Source: Atractiella rhizophila
Lineage: Eukaryota
DNA: 64,000 bases
Direction: 5' to 3'
NCBI GenBank assembly: GCA_021432655.1
Contig: MU271306.1
Location: 1-64,000, forward strand
Made by a program: the position numbers and the translations under genes
Shown: positions 50,757 to 62,487 of the stretch, piece by piece
Numbering within the stretch: the stretch's first letter is position 1
Layout: each line of letters opens with the position of its first letter
The notes under the pieces: model-generated
Database searches by the model: none
Told to the model about the DNA's origin: nothing
The model's input: the letters and a program-made list of their open reading frames with translations, nothing else

Positions 50757-53189
50757 ATGAACAGAACAACACCAGCGAAGGGAACGATACAAGTGAGTGG
50801 GGTCGATCCACCTCCATATTCCTATCCACCACAGCTTCCACCAACTCCTCAATCTCCCACACATCCACAGGACTATCCATGGCCAGAATACGTCTACTCT
50901 GCCCACCAGCTCCCTTCTCCCTCCCTGCAGCAACAATCGCCAATGCAAGTAGAGAGAGGGAGCATGCTCGACTCCATCTTTCAACGCATCGCCAGAATCA
51001 AACCACAACTCAACTCCACACCTTCTCCCGGCTCACCTCCATCGCCACAGTCACCCCGTTCACCACTTTCAACTCGCTCGCCGCATGCTGATCATGCAGT
51101 TTCGTATCATTCTCATCCACAGTCCCTTCCTCTCACAGACTCAAATTCCGGAGGTGCTGGTGTCAGGAACGAAAGACCTGCGTGGTGGCCGTCTCGACAG
51201 GCGCAGGAACGGGAACTTGAAATAGGAAGCGACCACCATCCTACTCAGCGCGGTGGCTATGGCACATTGGCGAATATTCCATTTCGACGTACTCTCCCGC
51301 AAGATCCTATAGAGGAGGAGGTTGCACCGAATCCATCATACCGTGCGGGAAGCGGAAACCGTCATGCACGCGCTCCTGAGAGAGATGAGGAGAGCGAGGA
51401 GTCGAGAAAGTGGAGGTGGGAGGAAACAGAATCAAGAAACGGCGAGTTCCAGAGAAGGCAAGAAGAGAGAAACAGGCATCATGGAATAACGAAACGGAAC
51501 GGTGTGGGGATGGATCTTAGAACACATTTTGAGCCTGAAGACACGTCAGGGGATTTCGATCTCGCCCTCCGATACGCGATGGAAGGCATGTCATACTCTC
51601 CTCCTCCCTCTCCCACGCCACATACTGCGTCGAATCGCTCAGCTGGTGACTTCGACATGGAAGGGGAGGAAGAACAAATGGAAGCGATGAGGAGATTCGA
51701 GAGCGATCGAGAGATGGCTTTGAGGATGAGTATGGAGGATGAGGAGATGACTACCACTCTATTGGGGCTAAAGGATGAGGGATTCGAGGTGCCTGACTTT
51801 GTTGAACCTCCTCCCGTTCCTCCAAAGGAAAGGAAAGTTAGTTCGGAGTTTGAGATGGCCATGCCAGGTGGATGGCAAGATGAACGCGGAAAGGGTAAAG
51901 GGAAAGGTAAACAGAGAGCTGAACAGAGCGAGGAGGAATATCCGGCGCTGTGGACGAGAACCGCGCTGCGTCCTGACAAAGAGCTGGAAGGGAAGGTGAG
52001 AGTATTCTCTCCTTTCTTTCTTTCTTGACAATCTAACGATGACCTCGAAGCCGAAAACGACTTGTCAAATCTGCTTCGACCCTTTCATCTCCGTTCCGCA
52101 ACCCTACGAACAGATGTTTGATTTCATCCCTTTTGCATCTCGACTTACCATCCACTCTCAGCCCCACCTCCACCGAGCTGGGACCTCGAGAGGAACCCAG
52201 GAAGGCAAGACCGCTATGGTGGGCTCGATCCTTCCCACCTGCAACGTTGGTCCCCTTTCCCTATCACAGGAAGGATGTACTGACGAAGTAGACCGCTGGT
52301 CACTTCAGCATTCATTCTGTATCTCTTGTCTAACGGAATACATCGATTCCAAACTAGCAGATCCTAACCCTTTCCCAATAAGATGCCCATTCCCAAAGGT
52401 CATACTTTTTCTTCCGATAAATAATATTAATTGTGTGGCAATGATAGTGCGAAACACGAATTGACGATAGTATGGCGGAGAAGGTACTGGGGAGAGAGAA
52501 CATGGATGTATGGCACTTTAAAGCATTAGTAGAGAGCACACCAAAGGTATTTCTTCCCTCTTTATCATCCAATATACATGGCTGACGGAAATTCATTTAG
52601 ATTTACTGTCCTTTCAAATCGTGCTCTCACCCAGTCACCATAGTTGAGGGCACAACAAGGGCCACCTGCCCCAATTGCAGGAAGGAAGTGTGCTGGGCTT
52701 GTAGAACCGAATGGCACGACGGCTACACGTGCGCGCAGTTCAAGGTGTGCTTATTCCAGCTTCTCCATCGCTCCTGTACTCACGATCTACATGGAATGGT
52801 GACGAAAGAATCTACCGCCTCGAGAGACGAAAGACGATGATGAGACGTTCAGAAGGTTTGTGGCGATGAAGAAGTGGCAGAAGTGCCCACACTGTGGGGT
52901 ACGCCTTCCTTTCCTCTCTTTCTCATCTCCTGCTTGCTGATGGGACATGAACAGAATGTGGTGGAGAAGAGTAGTGGTTGCGATCATATGTCTTGTCGAG
53001 TACGTATTTCTCACATACTTCTTGCCGTTATTCGTTAAGAGTTGGAGCTGATTTCTTCCAAAAGTGCAAGAAGGAATGGTGCTACCGCGTAAGCACTTTT
53101 CGCTCTATGCCCACATTCGCTAACTCATGAGGGAACAACAGTGCGGCGGAGATTACAGAAATGGATGTTTGACGAGAGGGTGCAGGTAG
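50757..53189 (+). CDS. RBR (RING-IBR-RING) E3 ubiquitin ligase with a long disordered N-terminus
   Basis: RING1 CQICFD..HSFCISCLTEYI..IRCP; IBR YCPFKSC..CPNCRKEVCWACRTEWHDGYTC; RING2 KCPHCG-NVVEKSSGCDHMSCR-CKKEWCYR-CG with the catalytic GCDHM motif. Confidence 0.92.
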
Positions 53190-53614
53190 TGAACATGCAT
53201 GATCTTGCATCTGAAAGAAACAAAGCGTCATGAACGAAATGAAACATTTGTTGTAGTAACAATATCTGGCTGTTTTAGGCCTTTGTTGTGCTTGTCCAGT
53301 TGATGTTGTATGTCTCCATTTACGCACGTATCAGTGTTCTCCAGACCAGGTTGCAAGCCATTAAATCATTTGAGTTACCACACACACGAAGGAAGCCTCA
53401 GGGCAATCTCCGAGTGTTTCGTGTAAGCGGTTGATCCTTATTTGTGTATCACTTCAACTCCAATAGCGAATCTTCCATACCGCAATGCTCCCGATTAACA
53501 ACACAAATAGATTACTACCACTATACTAAACCAACCAGCCCAATCCAAATCGTCAAAGCGTGTCCGTCCAAAACATAGCAATCCATACACCTCCAGCCCT
53601 CCCTCCACACCGCC

Positions 53615-55339
53615 TCATCCCTCCTTCAAACCCGCGGGTCTCAAATCCGGGCTCCTGCCATCCGTCTTCATCCTATGCCTCGTTTCCGCGCCTTCCACCC
53701 TCAACGAGAACCTCTCCTTCTCCTCCTGGTCCGCGTACTCCCGTAAACTCTCGCTCCTTTCCCTTCCATTCGAGGAGTGAGTAGAGGAGGATGAAGAGGA
53801 GGAGGAGAGGGCGGAAGTGGGGACGAAGCGGATGGGGAGGTAGTAGAGGAATCCTTGGGAGTCGCTTCCGTTCCCAGTACCTCCTGTGGCGTGAGGGGTG
53901 GGACTTGAGGAGGTGGGAAGGGAGATGGGGAGGGAGGAGAGGGTTGGGAGGGGGATTGTGACTGTTGTTGGATTGTTGGAGCCGTTGGAGGTGGGGAAGA
54001 GGAGGGAAGGACGGGAGCGACGGGTGAGGTAGAGACGGAGACAGCCTAGGAAGACGAGGAGACTGCCGAGGCGGAGGATGACTTTTCCATTCCTTCCCAA
54101 GAAGTTGATGAACCCCGCATCGGAGCTAGATTTGTCAAACGAGAGGGAAAGAGTTAGTATAGACCTCTTTGCTCGGACGAGAAGAAAAAGAAGGAAGAAG
54201 AGAGACGCACTCGTGCCAACTGCTGCCATAATAATGTTTCCAAAACGCCTCATCCGCGCTCTCCCCCTTTCCCATATTCTTCCCATACCATTTCCTAGGC
54301 AAGACCCTAACTTCCCTTTCCTCCTCCCTCCTGTCTCCCCACCACTCCTCATTCCCTCTCTTAGCTCCATGGGTGTAGGGCCACTGTCCATATTGGAAGG
54401 AGAGGAACATGGGGCCGGTGGAGAACATGACGGTGGGATAGTTCGAGCCGTAGTTGCGGTCGAAGGAGGGGAGGTTGTGGATGGCCATGAGCCAGAAGGG
54501 ATGGGAGGGGATGGAGGACATGATGTCGTTGGAGATGCCGACGGGGAAAGTTTGGGGTAGAATCAATGGCGCGTATCTGGGAGATTATGCGTTCATTAAC
54601 ATGAGATATATGAGTTGGAGAGAGGGAAAGGAATACCTTAAGGGCTCCATGGATCGTTTGCAGCCTACGTCAAGGTCGAGGTAGAAACCCCCATATCGAT
54701 GGAGGATGAAGTAGCGGATGGCGTCGGCGCGTTGGATGGGATAGGTGTACCCTTCGAAGGTGGAGAGGAACCAGGGGTAGTTGGTACGTATGAAATCGAG
54801 CGACATGGCGTCTGTCCACAACTTGTACTCACTAGCCATTCACATCTCAATTCATTCGCCCAAGCACAAAAATAGAAATAGAAGCAAAAGACGTACTAGT
54901 TGGGATGCATCCTCCTGCACTCCTCTGAGACAGCCTTGTACTTCTCTGGCAACCTATCGTCCTTCCAAGTCTGATGAATGATCCTAGGCACCAGAGTCTC
55001 CTCCTCCGGTTTCTTCGGGAGCATGTACCCCATCTCATCCGCAAACACTCCACCGCCATTATTCGCCGTCTCCTTAACATCCTTCACCTCATACGTGCTC
55101 CCCAAGATCCTCTCCCACTCCTCAGTGCCCATCGCGCCCTCCTCGACCCTGTGCTGTTCCTGTGCGAGGGAGACGGGCGGGAGCCGTGCCCAGCCTTCCC
55201 ACAGCGAGATCTCGGAGGCGACGATGAGGTCGGCGGAGCGGATGCCGAAGAACTGGACGACGGTGGTGAGGACGATGAAGGTGCCGAGGAGGATGAGTGC
55301 GAGGAGGGAGAGCAGGAACGGGAGCAGTCGACGGGCCAT
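53615..55339 (-). CDS. SUR1: Mannosyl-phosphorylinositol ceramide synthase (glycosyltransferase family 32)
   Basis: N-terminal TM anchor; VPRIIHQTWK; YPWFLSTFEGYTYPIQRADAIRYFILHRYGGFYLDLDVGC (DXD motif); PVGISND; PTVMFSTGPMFLS; HYYGSSWH; C-terminal TM. Confidence 0.93.
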
Positions 55340-55534
55340 GGTGTGGCCTTTTGGTGAATTGGATGATTAGTGGGAGGCTCTACCTATTTTTATACGGCCT
55401 TTTATATATTTTAACGAGGGATTGAAAGATGAGTTCTATTACTCGCGACTTCGGACTTTGCTGGAATAACTACGGCACAACTACGGGAAGAGAAGACAAA
55501 TAACGCCAACCAATTTTCCAACAACGATAACAGA

Positions 55535-56247
55535 ATGTCAGAAAAGCGTCCGCTCTCGCCCTCTGCGCCTGCTCCACCGATAAAACGCGTCTCCCTCTCC
55601 ACTCCCCTCCAAATCAAGCGTCTCACGCCCACCGCCACCGTTCCCACACGAGGAAGCGCCTTCGCCGCCGGATACGACATCTACGCGTTCGTCTCCTTCC
55701 TTTTTTTCTAGACAGTAGAGCGAGGGTTGATTGTAATTCGGAGGAAGGGATGAGGATGTGGAGATTGCGGCCGGCGCTCGACACCTCGTTAAGACCGGAA
55801 TGGCAATCGCCGTCCCGTCTGGATGCTATGGACGCGTCGCGCCGCGCTCGGGTCTTGGTGTGTTCTCTCTTGCCAAAAATCCGGTTATGTGATGGAGGGA
55901 ATGGATGGTGAAGCTGTCAAACATGGGATCACGACTGGAGCGGGGGTGGTGGACGAAGACTACCGTGGCGAAGTCCGCGTGTTGTTGTTCAACTTGGCCA
56001 CGGAATCTTTCTCGAGTTCGCCTCCTTCCCTTCCCCTCGAAATTTCGAATAAGTGGATCTGATGTCGGTGTGGTTAGTCAAGAGAGGCGATCGCATCGCT
56101 CAGCTTGTGCTTGAGCGGATTTACACTCCAGAAGTCGTCGAGGTGCAGGAGCTGAGTGAGACGGTTAGAGGAGAGGGTGGGTTTGGGAGTACTGGAGGGT
56201 TCGGAATGGTTGGCGCTGTTCCGGTGGAGGTTGATGCGAAGCCGTAG
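55535..56247 (+). CDS. DUT1: dUTP diphosphatase, copy 1 (4 exons)
   Basis: All five motifs present: [43 protein letters not shown]. Confidence 0.95.
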
Positions 56248-56418
56248 TGTTGAGGTGTTGAGACGCGTTCGAGTGCAGCGAGTTCTTGCTTTGCTGGGTT
56301 ATTCTAGTTAGATGTGGTAGAGAGTCTTATATGGGCAATGAAGCAAAAAGCGACACGAGAACAAAACGTATTTGATACCATTTAACCAAGAAAGAAGGTC
56401 CATAAATTTGAAGAGATG

Positions 56419-57837
56419 TTATGATATCCTGCACTCTTCCCTCGCACTCTGTCGAGGCGCAGGTCGCTTTCCTATCTTCTCTACGACCTCGAGAAAACAC
56501 ACGTTCCACTTCCGTCCACATTCTTCCAACTCTGTCACCAATGCACCTCGCTCATTCTTCCAATTTTCTTCCATGCCTTCATCCACTTCAGCTCCCTCTA
56601 CCTCGTCGTCATCCTCGCCTTTAACCAGAACGTCGACGTAAAGCGCGAGATGTTCCAAAGCCGGGAGATAACGTTCTGCTTCGTACCTTCGAATGAAACA
56701 TTCTCGAATGACAGAAGGTCCAATCCTATCCTTCCCATCCCACCAAGGACAAGAAATCCGAGCCTCCAGAGCTCGAAGACTCGACGGCAAAGCATGAAAG
56801 AGGAGTTGGTCGAATCTATCGCCTCCCACGATGAGAGAATGGAGGTTAGGGCAAGAGGAAACGAGGTCGAGGACCGTGAAACAGTCCGAAGAGGTGCCTT
56901 TTCCTTTGAGACACATCTCCAGGTGCGAGAGAGCTTGGAAATGGTAGGCTGGAAGACGCGGAAAGTCTAGTCCGCCGAAGAGACGCAAGCGTTTGATGCT
57001 GGGTATGTATCCGAGGATCCAGGATATGGTGCCGAAGATCTCTCGATCTGAACATCGGAGCGTGAGGTCCTCGATGAGCAGGTTCTCACTTTCCGAGCCC
57101 TCTCGAAAGTCGATAATCTCGGAGTCGTTCGTCCATTCGAAAAATAAATCTTCTAATACCAATCCCTTGAGGTTCCTCCCATTGTTGACGAGATCAAACA
57201 CCTGGTGAGTCTTGAAATATCCAGAGTCGAGATGCAAAATGGGGAAGGTCAAGCCCTTGAGAGACTCGAGGACGTGCGAGGGCACGATTTCACAATTCGA
57301 AGTATCGACCAATGGCACAGGTGCGGAATAAGGACCTTCGATCTTCACCCTCCGTAGACGCTCCAGACTGAACAAGCGCCTCCTCAGCGTTTCGAAAGCG
57401 ACTGGGTCCCCACTGTATGTTGTGATCGAAAGAGTGACGATGGCATGGCGGAGCCATTCGTATCTTTGGCAGGCGCTCTCGAAGGTGAGGGATGAAGGAT
57501 AGCCGCTGTTTTCTGGACCGACGTGGATGTTGACGTTGGCGAATCCTATCCTTCGTACAGGTTCTATCCATGCCTTACAACTAGAAACATGTCGGTGCGA
57601 ATGCGGTAAATGAGCGATGCAAGTCGTAAACTGGTCGATTACTCACATCAACGCCAGGCGTATGAACTTTCGTTCCGCCATGCGCCTCTGTTCTAAAGGC
57701 ACAATGACCCGTGCTGATGGTAAACCATTGTTTTGCGCGCGTTGCGGCAATGATGGATTAGGGTGGCCGTAAAGCTCAAACAGCTCCTCCAAGATGCGAT
57801 GGATGAGTTCTGGAGGAATAAACGCCATGTCGTTCAC
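56419..57837 (-). CDS. F-box/RNI-like LRR protein, copy A
   Basis: N-terminal F-box-like FIPPELIHRILEEL..LALI-CKAW (one intron at about 57582-57646). LRR-like IPSIKRLRL, LSHLEM, CPNLHSLIV, LPSSLRALE and LPALEHL. Confidence 0.7.
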
Positions 57838-58005
57838 ATCATCACATCAAGTCAGAGCCAGACTCCTATGCAGCGGCGGATATGTGGGAGAGCAACACTG
57901 CCGCGGAAATTACTTAGAGTGGTACACGGCGCCACTTATTGTCGAATAGAGGGGGATTGGCTTTTGACATAATATCACAAACGATCATAGAAAGCATATT
58001 GAAAC

Positions 58006-58253
58006 ATGTCCATTTCCCCTTCTCCTGCTGCCCAAGCTCCGAGTCGTGCTCTGCTGACTCTCCCAGTTGAGCTTTTGCGCCTGATCTTTCAGGTAGCTAT
58101 CGCCAGCTCCTGTGAGGCGCTTTCGGATCCAAACTCCCTCTCGACCACTGCACCTGTGTTTCCAGACCGTTCCAATCTCAGTTTACGCCTAGTCAATCGT
58201 TTTGTCTGCGGCCTTTGCACTCCATTTCTTTACCAAACCGTCTCATTACCTAC
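58006..58253 (+). pseudogene. 5' fragment of the F-box gene at 61039, truncated at the duplication junction (chimeric ORF continues to 58404)
   Basis: Identical to 61039-61286, then reads into antisense SUR1 sequence. Confidence 0.85.
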
Positions 58254-58373
58254 GACGATGAGGTCGGGGGAGCGGATGCCGAAGAACTGGACGACGGTGG
58301 TGAGGACGATGAAGGTGCCGAGGAGGATGAGTGCGAGGAGGGAGAGCAGGAAGGGGAGCAGTCGACGGGCCAT
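58230..58373 (-). pseudogene. Truncated SUR1 5' end (signal-anchor only, 47-aa chimeric ORF)
   Basis: MARRLLPFLLSLLALILLGTFIVLTTVVQFFGIRSPDLIV followed by junction-derived VGNETVW*. Confidence 0.85.
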
Positions 58374-58568
58374 GGTGCGGCCTTTTGGGGAATTGGATGA
58401 TTAGTGGGAGGCTCTACCTATTTTTATACGGCCGTTTATATATTTTAACGAGGGATTGAAAGATGAGTTCTATTACTCGCGACTTCGGACTTTGCTGGAA
58501 TAACTACGGCAAAACTACGGGAAGAAAAGACAAATAACGCCAACCAATCCTCCAACAACGATAACAAA

Positions 58569-59278
58569 ATGTCAGAAAAGCGTCCCCTCTCGCCCTCTGC
58601 GCCTGCTCCACCGACAAAACGCGTGTCCCTCTCCACTCCCCTCCAAATCAAGCGTCTCACGCCCACCGCCACCGTTCCCACGCGAGGAAGCGCCTTCGCC
58701 GCCGGATACGACATTTACGCGTTCGTCTCCTTCTTCTTTTCTACACAGTAGGATGAGGTTGATAGTGGTTGGAGGAAGGGATGAGGATGTGGAGATAGCG
58801 GCTGGCGCTCGACACCTCGTTAAGACCGGAATGGCCATCGCCGTCCCGTCTGGATGCTATGGACGCGTCGCGCCGCGCTCGGGTCTTGGTACGTTCCTCT
58901 CGTGAAAGAATCCGGTTATCTGATGGAGGGAATGGATGGTGAAGCGGTCAAACATGGGATCACGACTGGAGCGGGCGTGGTGGACGAAGACTACCGGGGC
59001 GAAGTCCGCGTGTTGTTGTTCAACTTGGCCACGGAATCTTTCTCAAGTTCGCCTCCTTCCCTTCCTTCGAACTTTCGAATAATTTGACCTGATGTCGGTG
59101 TGGTATAGTTAAGAGAGGCGATCGTATCGCTCAGCTTGTGCTTGAACGGATTTATACTCCCGAAGTCGTCGAGGTGCAGGAGCTGAGTGAGACCGTTAGA
59201 GGAGAGGGTGGGTTTGGGAGTACTGGAGGGTTCGGAATGGTTGGTGCTGTTCCGGTGGAGGTTGAGACAAAACCTTAG
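58569..59278 (+). CDS. DUT1: dUTP diphosphatase, copy 2 (4 exons, intact)
   Basis: Same exon structure and all five motifs. Differs from copy 1 by I/T near the N-terminus, DA/ET at the C-terminus, and many synonymous and intronic changes. Confidence 0.95.
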
Positions 59279-59451
59279 TATTAAGTTGTTGAGACGCGTT
59301 CGAGTGCAGTGAGTTCTTGCTTTACTGGGTTATTCTAGTTAGATGTGGTAGAGACTCTTAGATGGGCAATGAAGCAAGAAGCGACGCGAGAACAAAACGT
59401 ATTTGATACCATTTAACCAAGAAAAGGGGCGTCCATAAATTTGAAGAGATG

Positions 59452-60870
59452 TTATGATATCCTACACTCTTCCCTCGCACTCTGTCGAGGCGCAGGTCGC
59501 TCCCCTATCTTCTCTATGACCTGGAGAAAGCACACGTTCCACTTCCGTCCACATCCTCCCAACTCTCTCACCAATTCACCTTGCTCATCCTTCCAATTTT
59601 CTTCCATGCTTTCATCCACTTCAGCTCCCTCTACCTCGCCGTCATCCTCGCCTTTAACTAGAACGTCAACGTAAAGAGCGAGGTGCACCAAAGCCGGGAC
59701 ATAACGTTCTGCTTCGTACCTTTGAACGAAACATTCTCGAATGACAGAAGGTCCGATCCTATCCTTCCCATCCCACCAAGGACAGGAAATCCGAGCCTCC
59801 AGAGCTCGAAGACTCGCCGGCAAAGCATGAAAGAGGAGTTGGTCGAATCTATCGCCTCCCACGATGAGAGAATGGAGGTTAGGGCAAGAGGAAACGAGGT
59901 CTAGGACCGTGAAACAGTCCGAAGAGGTGCCTTTTCCTTTGAGACGTATCTCCAGGTGCGAGAGAGCTTGGAAATGGTAGGCTGGAAGACGGGGAAAGTC
60001 TAGTCCGCCGAAGAGACGCAGACGCTTGACGCTGGGTATGTATCCGAGGATCCAGGATATGGTGCCGAAGATCTCTCGGTCTGAACATCGGAGCGTGAGG
60101 TCTTCAATGAGCAGGTTCTCACTTTCCGAGTCCGCTCGATATTCACTAATCTCAGAGTCGTTTGTCCATTCGAAGAATAAATCTTCTAATACCAATCCCT
60201 TAAGGTTCCTCCCGTTGTTGACAAGATCAAACACTTGGTGAGTCTTGAAATATCCAGAATCGAGATGCAAAACGGGGAACGTCAAGCCCTTGAGAGACTC
60301 GAGGACGTGGGAGGGCACGATTTCACAATTCGAGGTATCGACCAATGGCACAGGTGCGGAATAAGGACCTTCGATCTTCACCCTCCGTAGACGCTCCAGA
60401 CTGAACAAGCGCCTCCTCAGCGTTTCGAAAGCGACTGGGTCCCCACTGTATGTCGTGATCGAAAGAGTGACGATGGCATGGCGGAGCCATTCGTATCTTT
60501 GGCAGGCGCTCTCGAAGGTGAGGGATGAAGGATAGCCGCTGTTCTCTGGACCGACGTGGATGTTGACGTTGGCGAATCCTATCCTTCGTACAGGTTCTAT
60601 CCATGCCTTACAACTAGAAACATGTCGGTGCGAATGCGGTAAATTAGCGATGCAAGTCGTAAACTGGTCAACTGCTCACATCAACGCCAGGCGTATGAAC
60701 TTTCGTTCCGCCATGCGCCTCTGTTCTAAAGGCACAATGACCCGTGCTGATGGTAAACCATTGTTTTGCGCGCGTTGCGGCAATGATGGATTAGGGTGGC
60801 CGTAAAGCTCAAACAGCTCCTCCAAGATGCGATGGATGAGTTCTGGAGGAATAAACGCCATGTCGTTCAC
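59452..60870 (-). CDS. F-box/RNI-like LRR protein, copy B
   Basis: Paralogue of 56419-57837 with the same length and intron. Substitutions fall mostly in the C-terminal half. Confidence 0.7.
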
Positions 60871-61038
60871 ATCATCACATCAAGTCAGAGCCAGACTCCT
60901 ATGCAGCGGCGGATATGTGGGAGAGCAACACTGCCGCGGAAATTACTTAGAGTGGTACACGGCGCCACTTATTGTCGAATAGAGGGGGATTGGCTTTTGA
61001 CATAATATCACAAACGATCATAGAAAGCATATTGAAAC

Positions 61039-61965
61039 ATGTCCATTTCCCCTTCTCCTGCTGCCCAAGCTCCGAGTCGTGCTCTGCTGACTCTCCCAGT
61101 TGAGCTTTTGCGCCTGATCTTTCAGGTAGCTATCGCCAGCTCCTGTGAGGCGCTTTCGGATCCAAACTCCCTCTCGACCACTGCACCTGTGTTTCCAGAC
61201 CGTTCCAATCTCAGTTTACGCCTAGTCAATCGTTTTGTCTGCGGCCTTTGCACTCCATTTCTTTACCAAACCGTCTCATTACCTACACCCGCTCTCGTTC
61301 GCAACTTCCTATCCATCCCCAACGCTCTTGCTCTTCGAGGAAAAGTTCGAAACTGGGTGGGAATAGAAGGACAAAACCCTTTGGTACCTTTCAAATACGT
61401 CGGAACGCTCGTCGTGTTATGGAAAGTGGATCGAGTTACAAATGCGCAGTTAGATCTTTTAGTTGATCTTTTCGGAAAGCTCTCGAGTGTGAAGCATCTC
61501 GTTTTAGGTTATCAAGGAGAGACATACGACACTTACAACCAAGCCATCCATAAGGCACTCGCGGGATGGAATCTCAAGACCGCACGTCTTCATGTCGTTG
61601 GCTGGCAAGGGTTAGGACTCTCGTGGTTCACCCCAGAGGATTTGGTGGACCTTCCTGAGACATGGGGAGAAACTTTGGAAGAGCTCGCTATTCAGTTGTC
61701 CGAAGTTCCACGCTATGCCTCGAGAATGAAGAAATTGAAGCGATTGAGGATATTGGCCCAGCAGCCTCGATGGATGGAAGAAGCAAACTTTCAGGTCTTA
61801 CGACAAGTTATTCCGACCTTGCAAGAAGTGGAAATTTATTGGGCATGGACGAAAGTCACAACACAGTTGAAAGAGGATGGACTGGGGCTAATGCACCGGA
61901 ACAAGTGGAGGATCTTTACTTATAATTATGTGAGTCCCCTCCTTTGGTCCTGGCACATTATTTAA
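61039..61965 (+). CDS. F-box/LRR-like protein (distinct family)
   Basis: LLTLPVELLRLIF..LSLRLVNRFVCGLCTPFLYQTVSL is a typical basidiomycete F-box-like motif. LRR-like LSSVKHLVL, TLEELAI, MKKLKRLRI and IPTLQEV. A GTGAGT near 61931 suggests a possible further exon. Confidence 0.7.
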   Translation: MSISPSPAAQAPSRALLTLPVELLRLIFQVAIASSCEALSDPNSLSTTAPVFPDRSNLSLRLVNRFVCGLCTPFLYQTVSLPTPALVRNFLSIPNALALRGKVRNWVGIEGQNPLVPFKYVGTLVVLWKVDRVTNAQLDLLVDLFGKLSSVKHLVLGYQGETYDTYNQAIHKALAGWNLKTARLHVVGWQGLGLSWFTPEDLVDLPETWGETLEELAIQLSEVPRYASRMKKLKRLRILAQQPRWMEEANFQVLRQVIPTLQEVEIYWAWTKVTTQLKEDGLGLMHRNKWRIFTYNYVSPLLWSWHII

Positions 61966-62487
61966 CAGTTTAAAAGTTTGACGGTGACAAAATAATACCA
62001 TTGGAGGAGGTATCGTTGTAACGAACCCCGGAGCTGAGTGGACAATCGCCATCCATGATTTCCTTCCCATAGTCATTTGCTCTTTTATTCCGCTTTTTGG
62101 ACACGCTGAAACAGGTGGCAACTCGTGAGCCTCCATATACTCGTCGACTACTTGCAGGTCGAAGAGTGAATACTTCAAATGCGTTTCATGGTTACTAAGA
62201 GAAACTTTCTACGCGCAACAAGGAGAAGAGGCGACAAGAGCTGCTCCCAAAGAATTCCCATTTCATCAAAAGACTCACTAAGATGTATCTTCTTTTTCCA
62301 CCACATATGCATCTTTTGACAGCCCGCCCTGTTCATCTGTTTCCGCCACTAAGTCTACCACACCAAAGATAAACAACATTGTTGAGTCGTGACTCACACC
62401 TGTGGCTGTTGGCTGAAAACTCAAGGCAAGGAACGACGAGATCTGCTTAGAAGCCTCCCTCTTTCACCACTTTCATTCTCGAGCCTC

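Larger units (their letters stand above)
55220..61286. repeat. Direct tandem segmental duplication, unit about 3033 bp (55220-58253 and 58254-61286)
   Basis: Colinear duplicate of SUR1 5' end, dUTPase, F-box/LRR gene and 5' part of the second F-box gene. Junction ..cattacctaC|gacgatgaggtc at 58253 has 1-bp microhomology. Confidence 0.95.
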
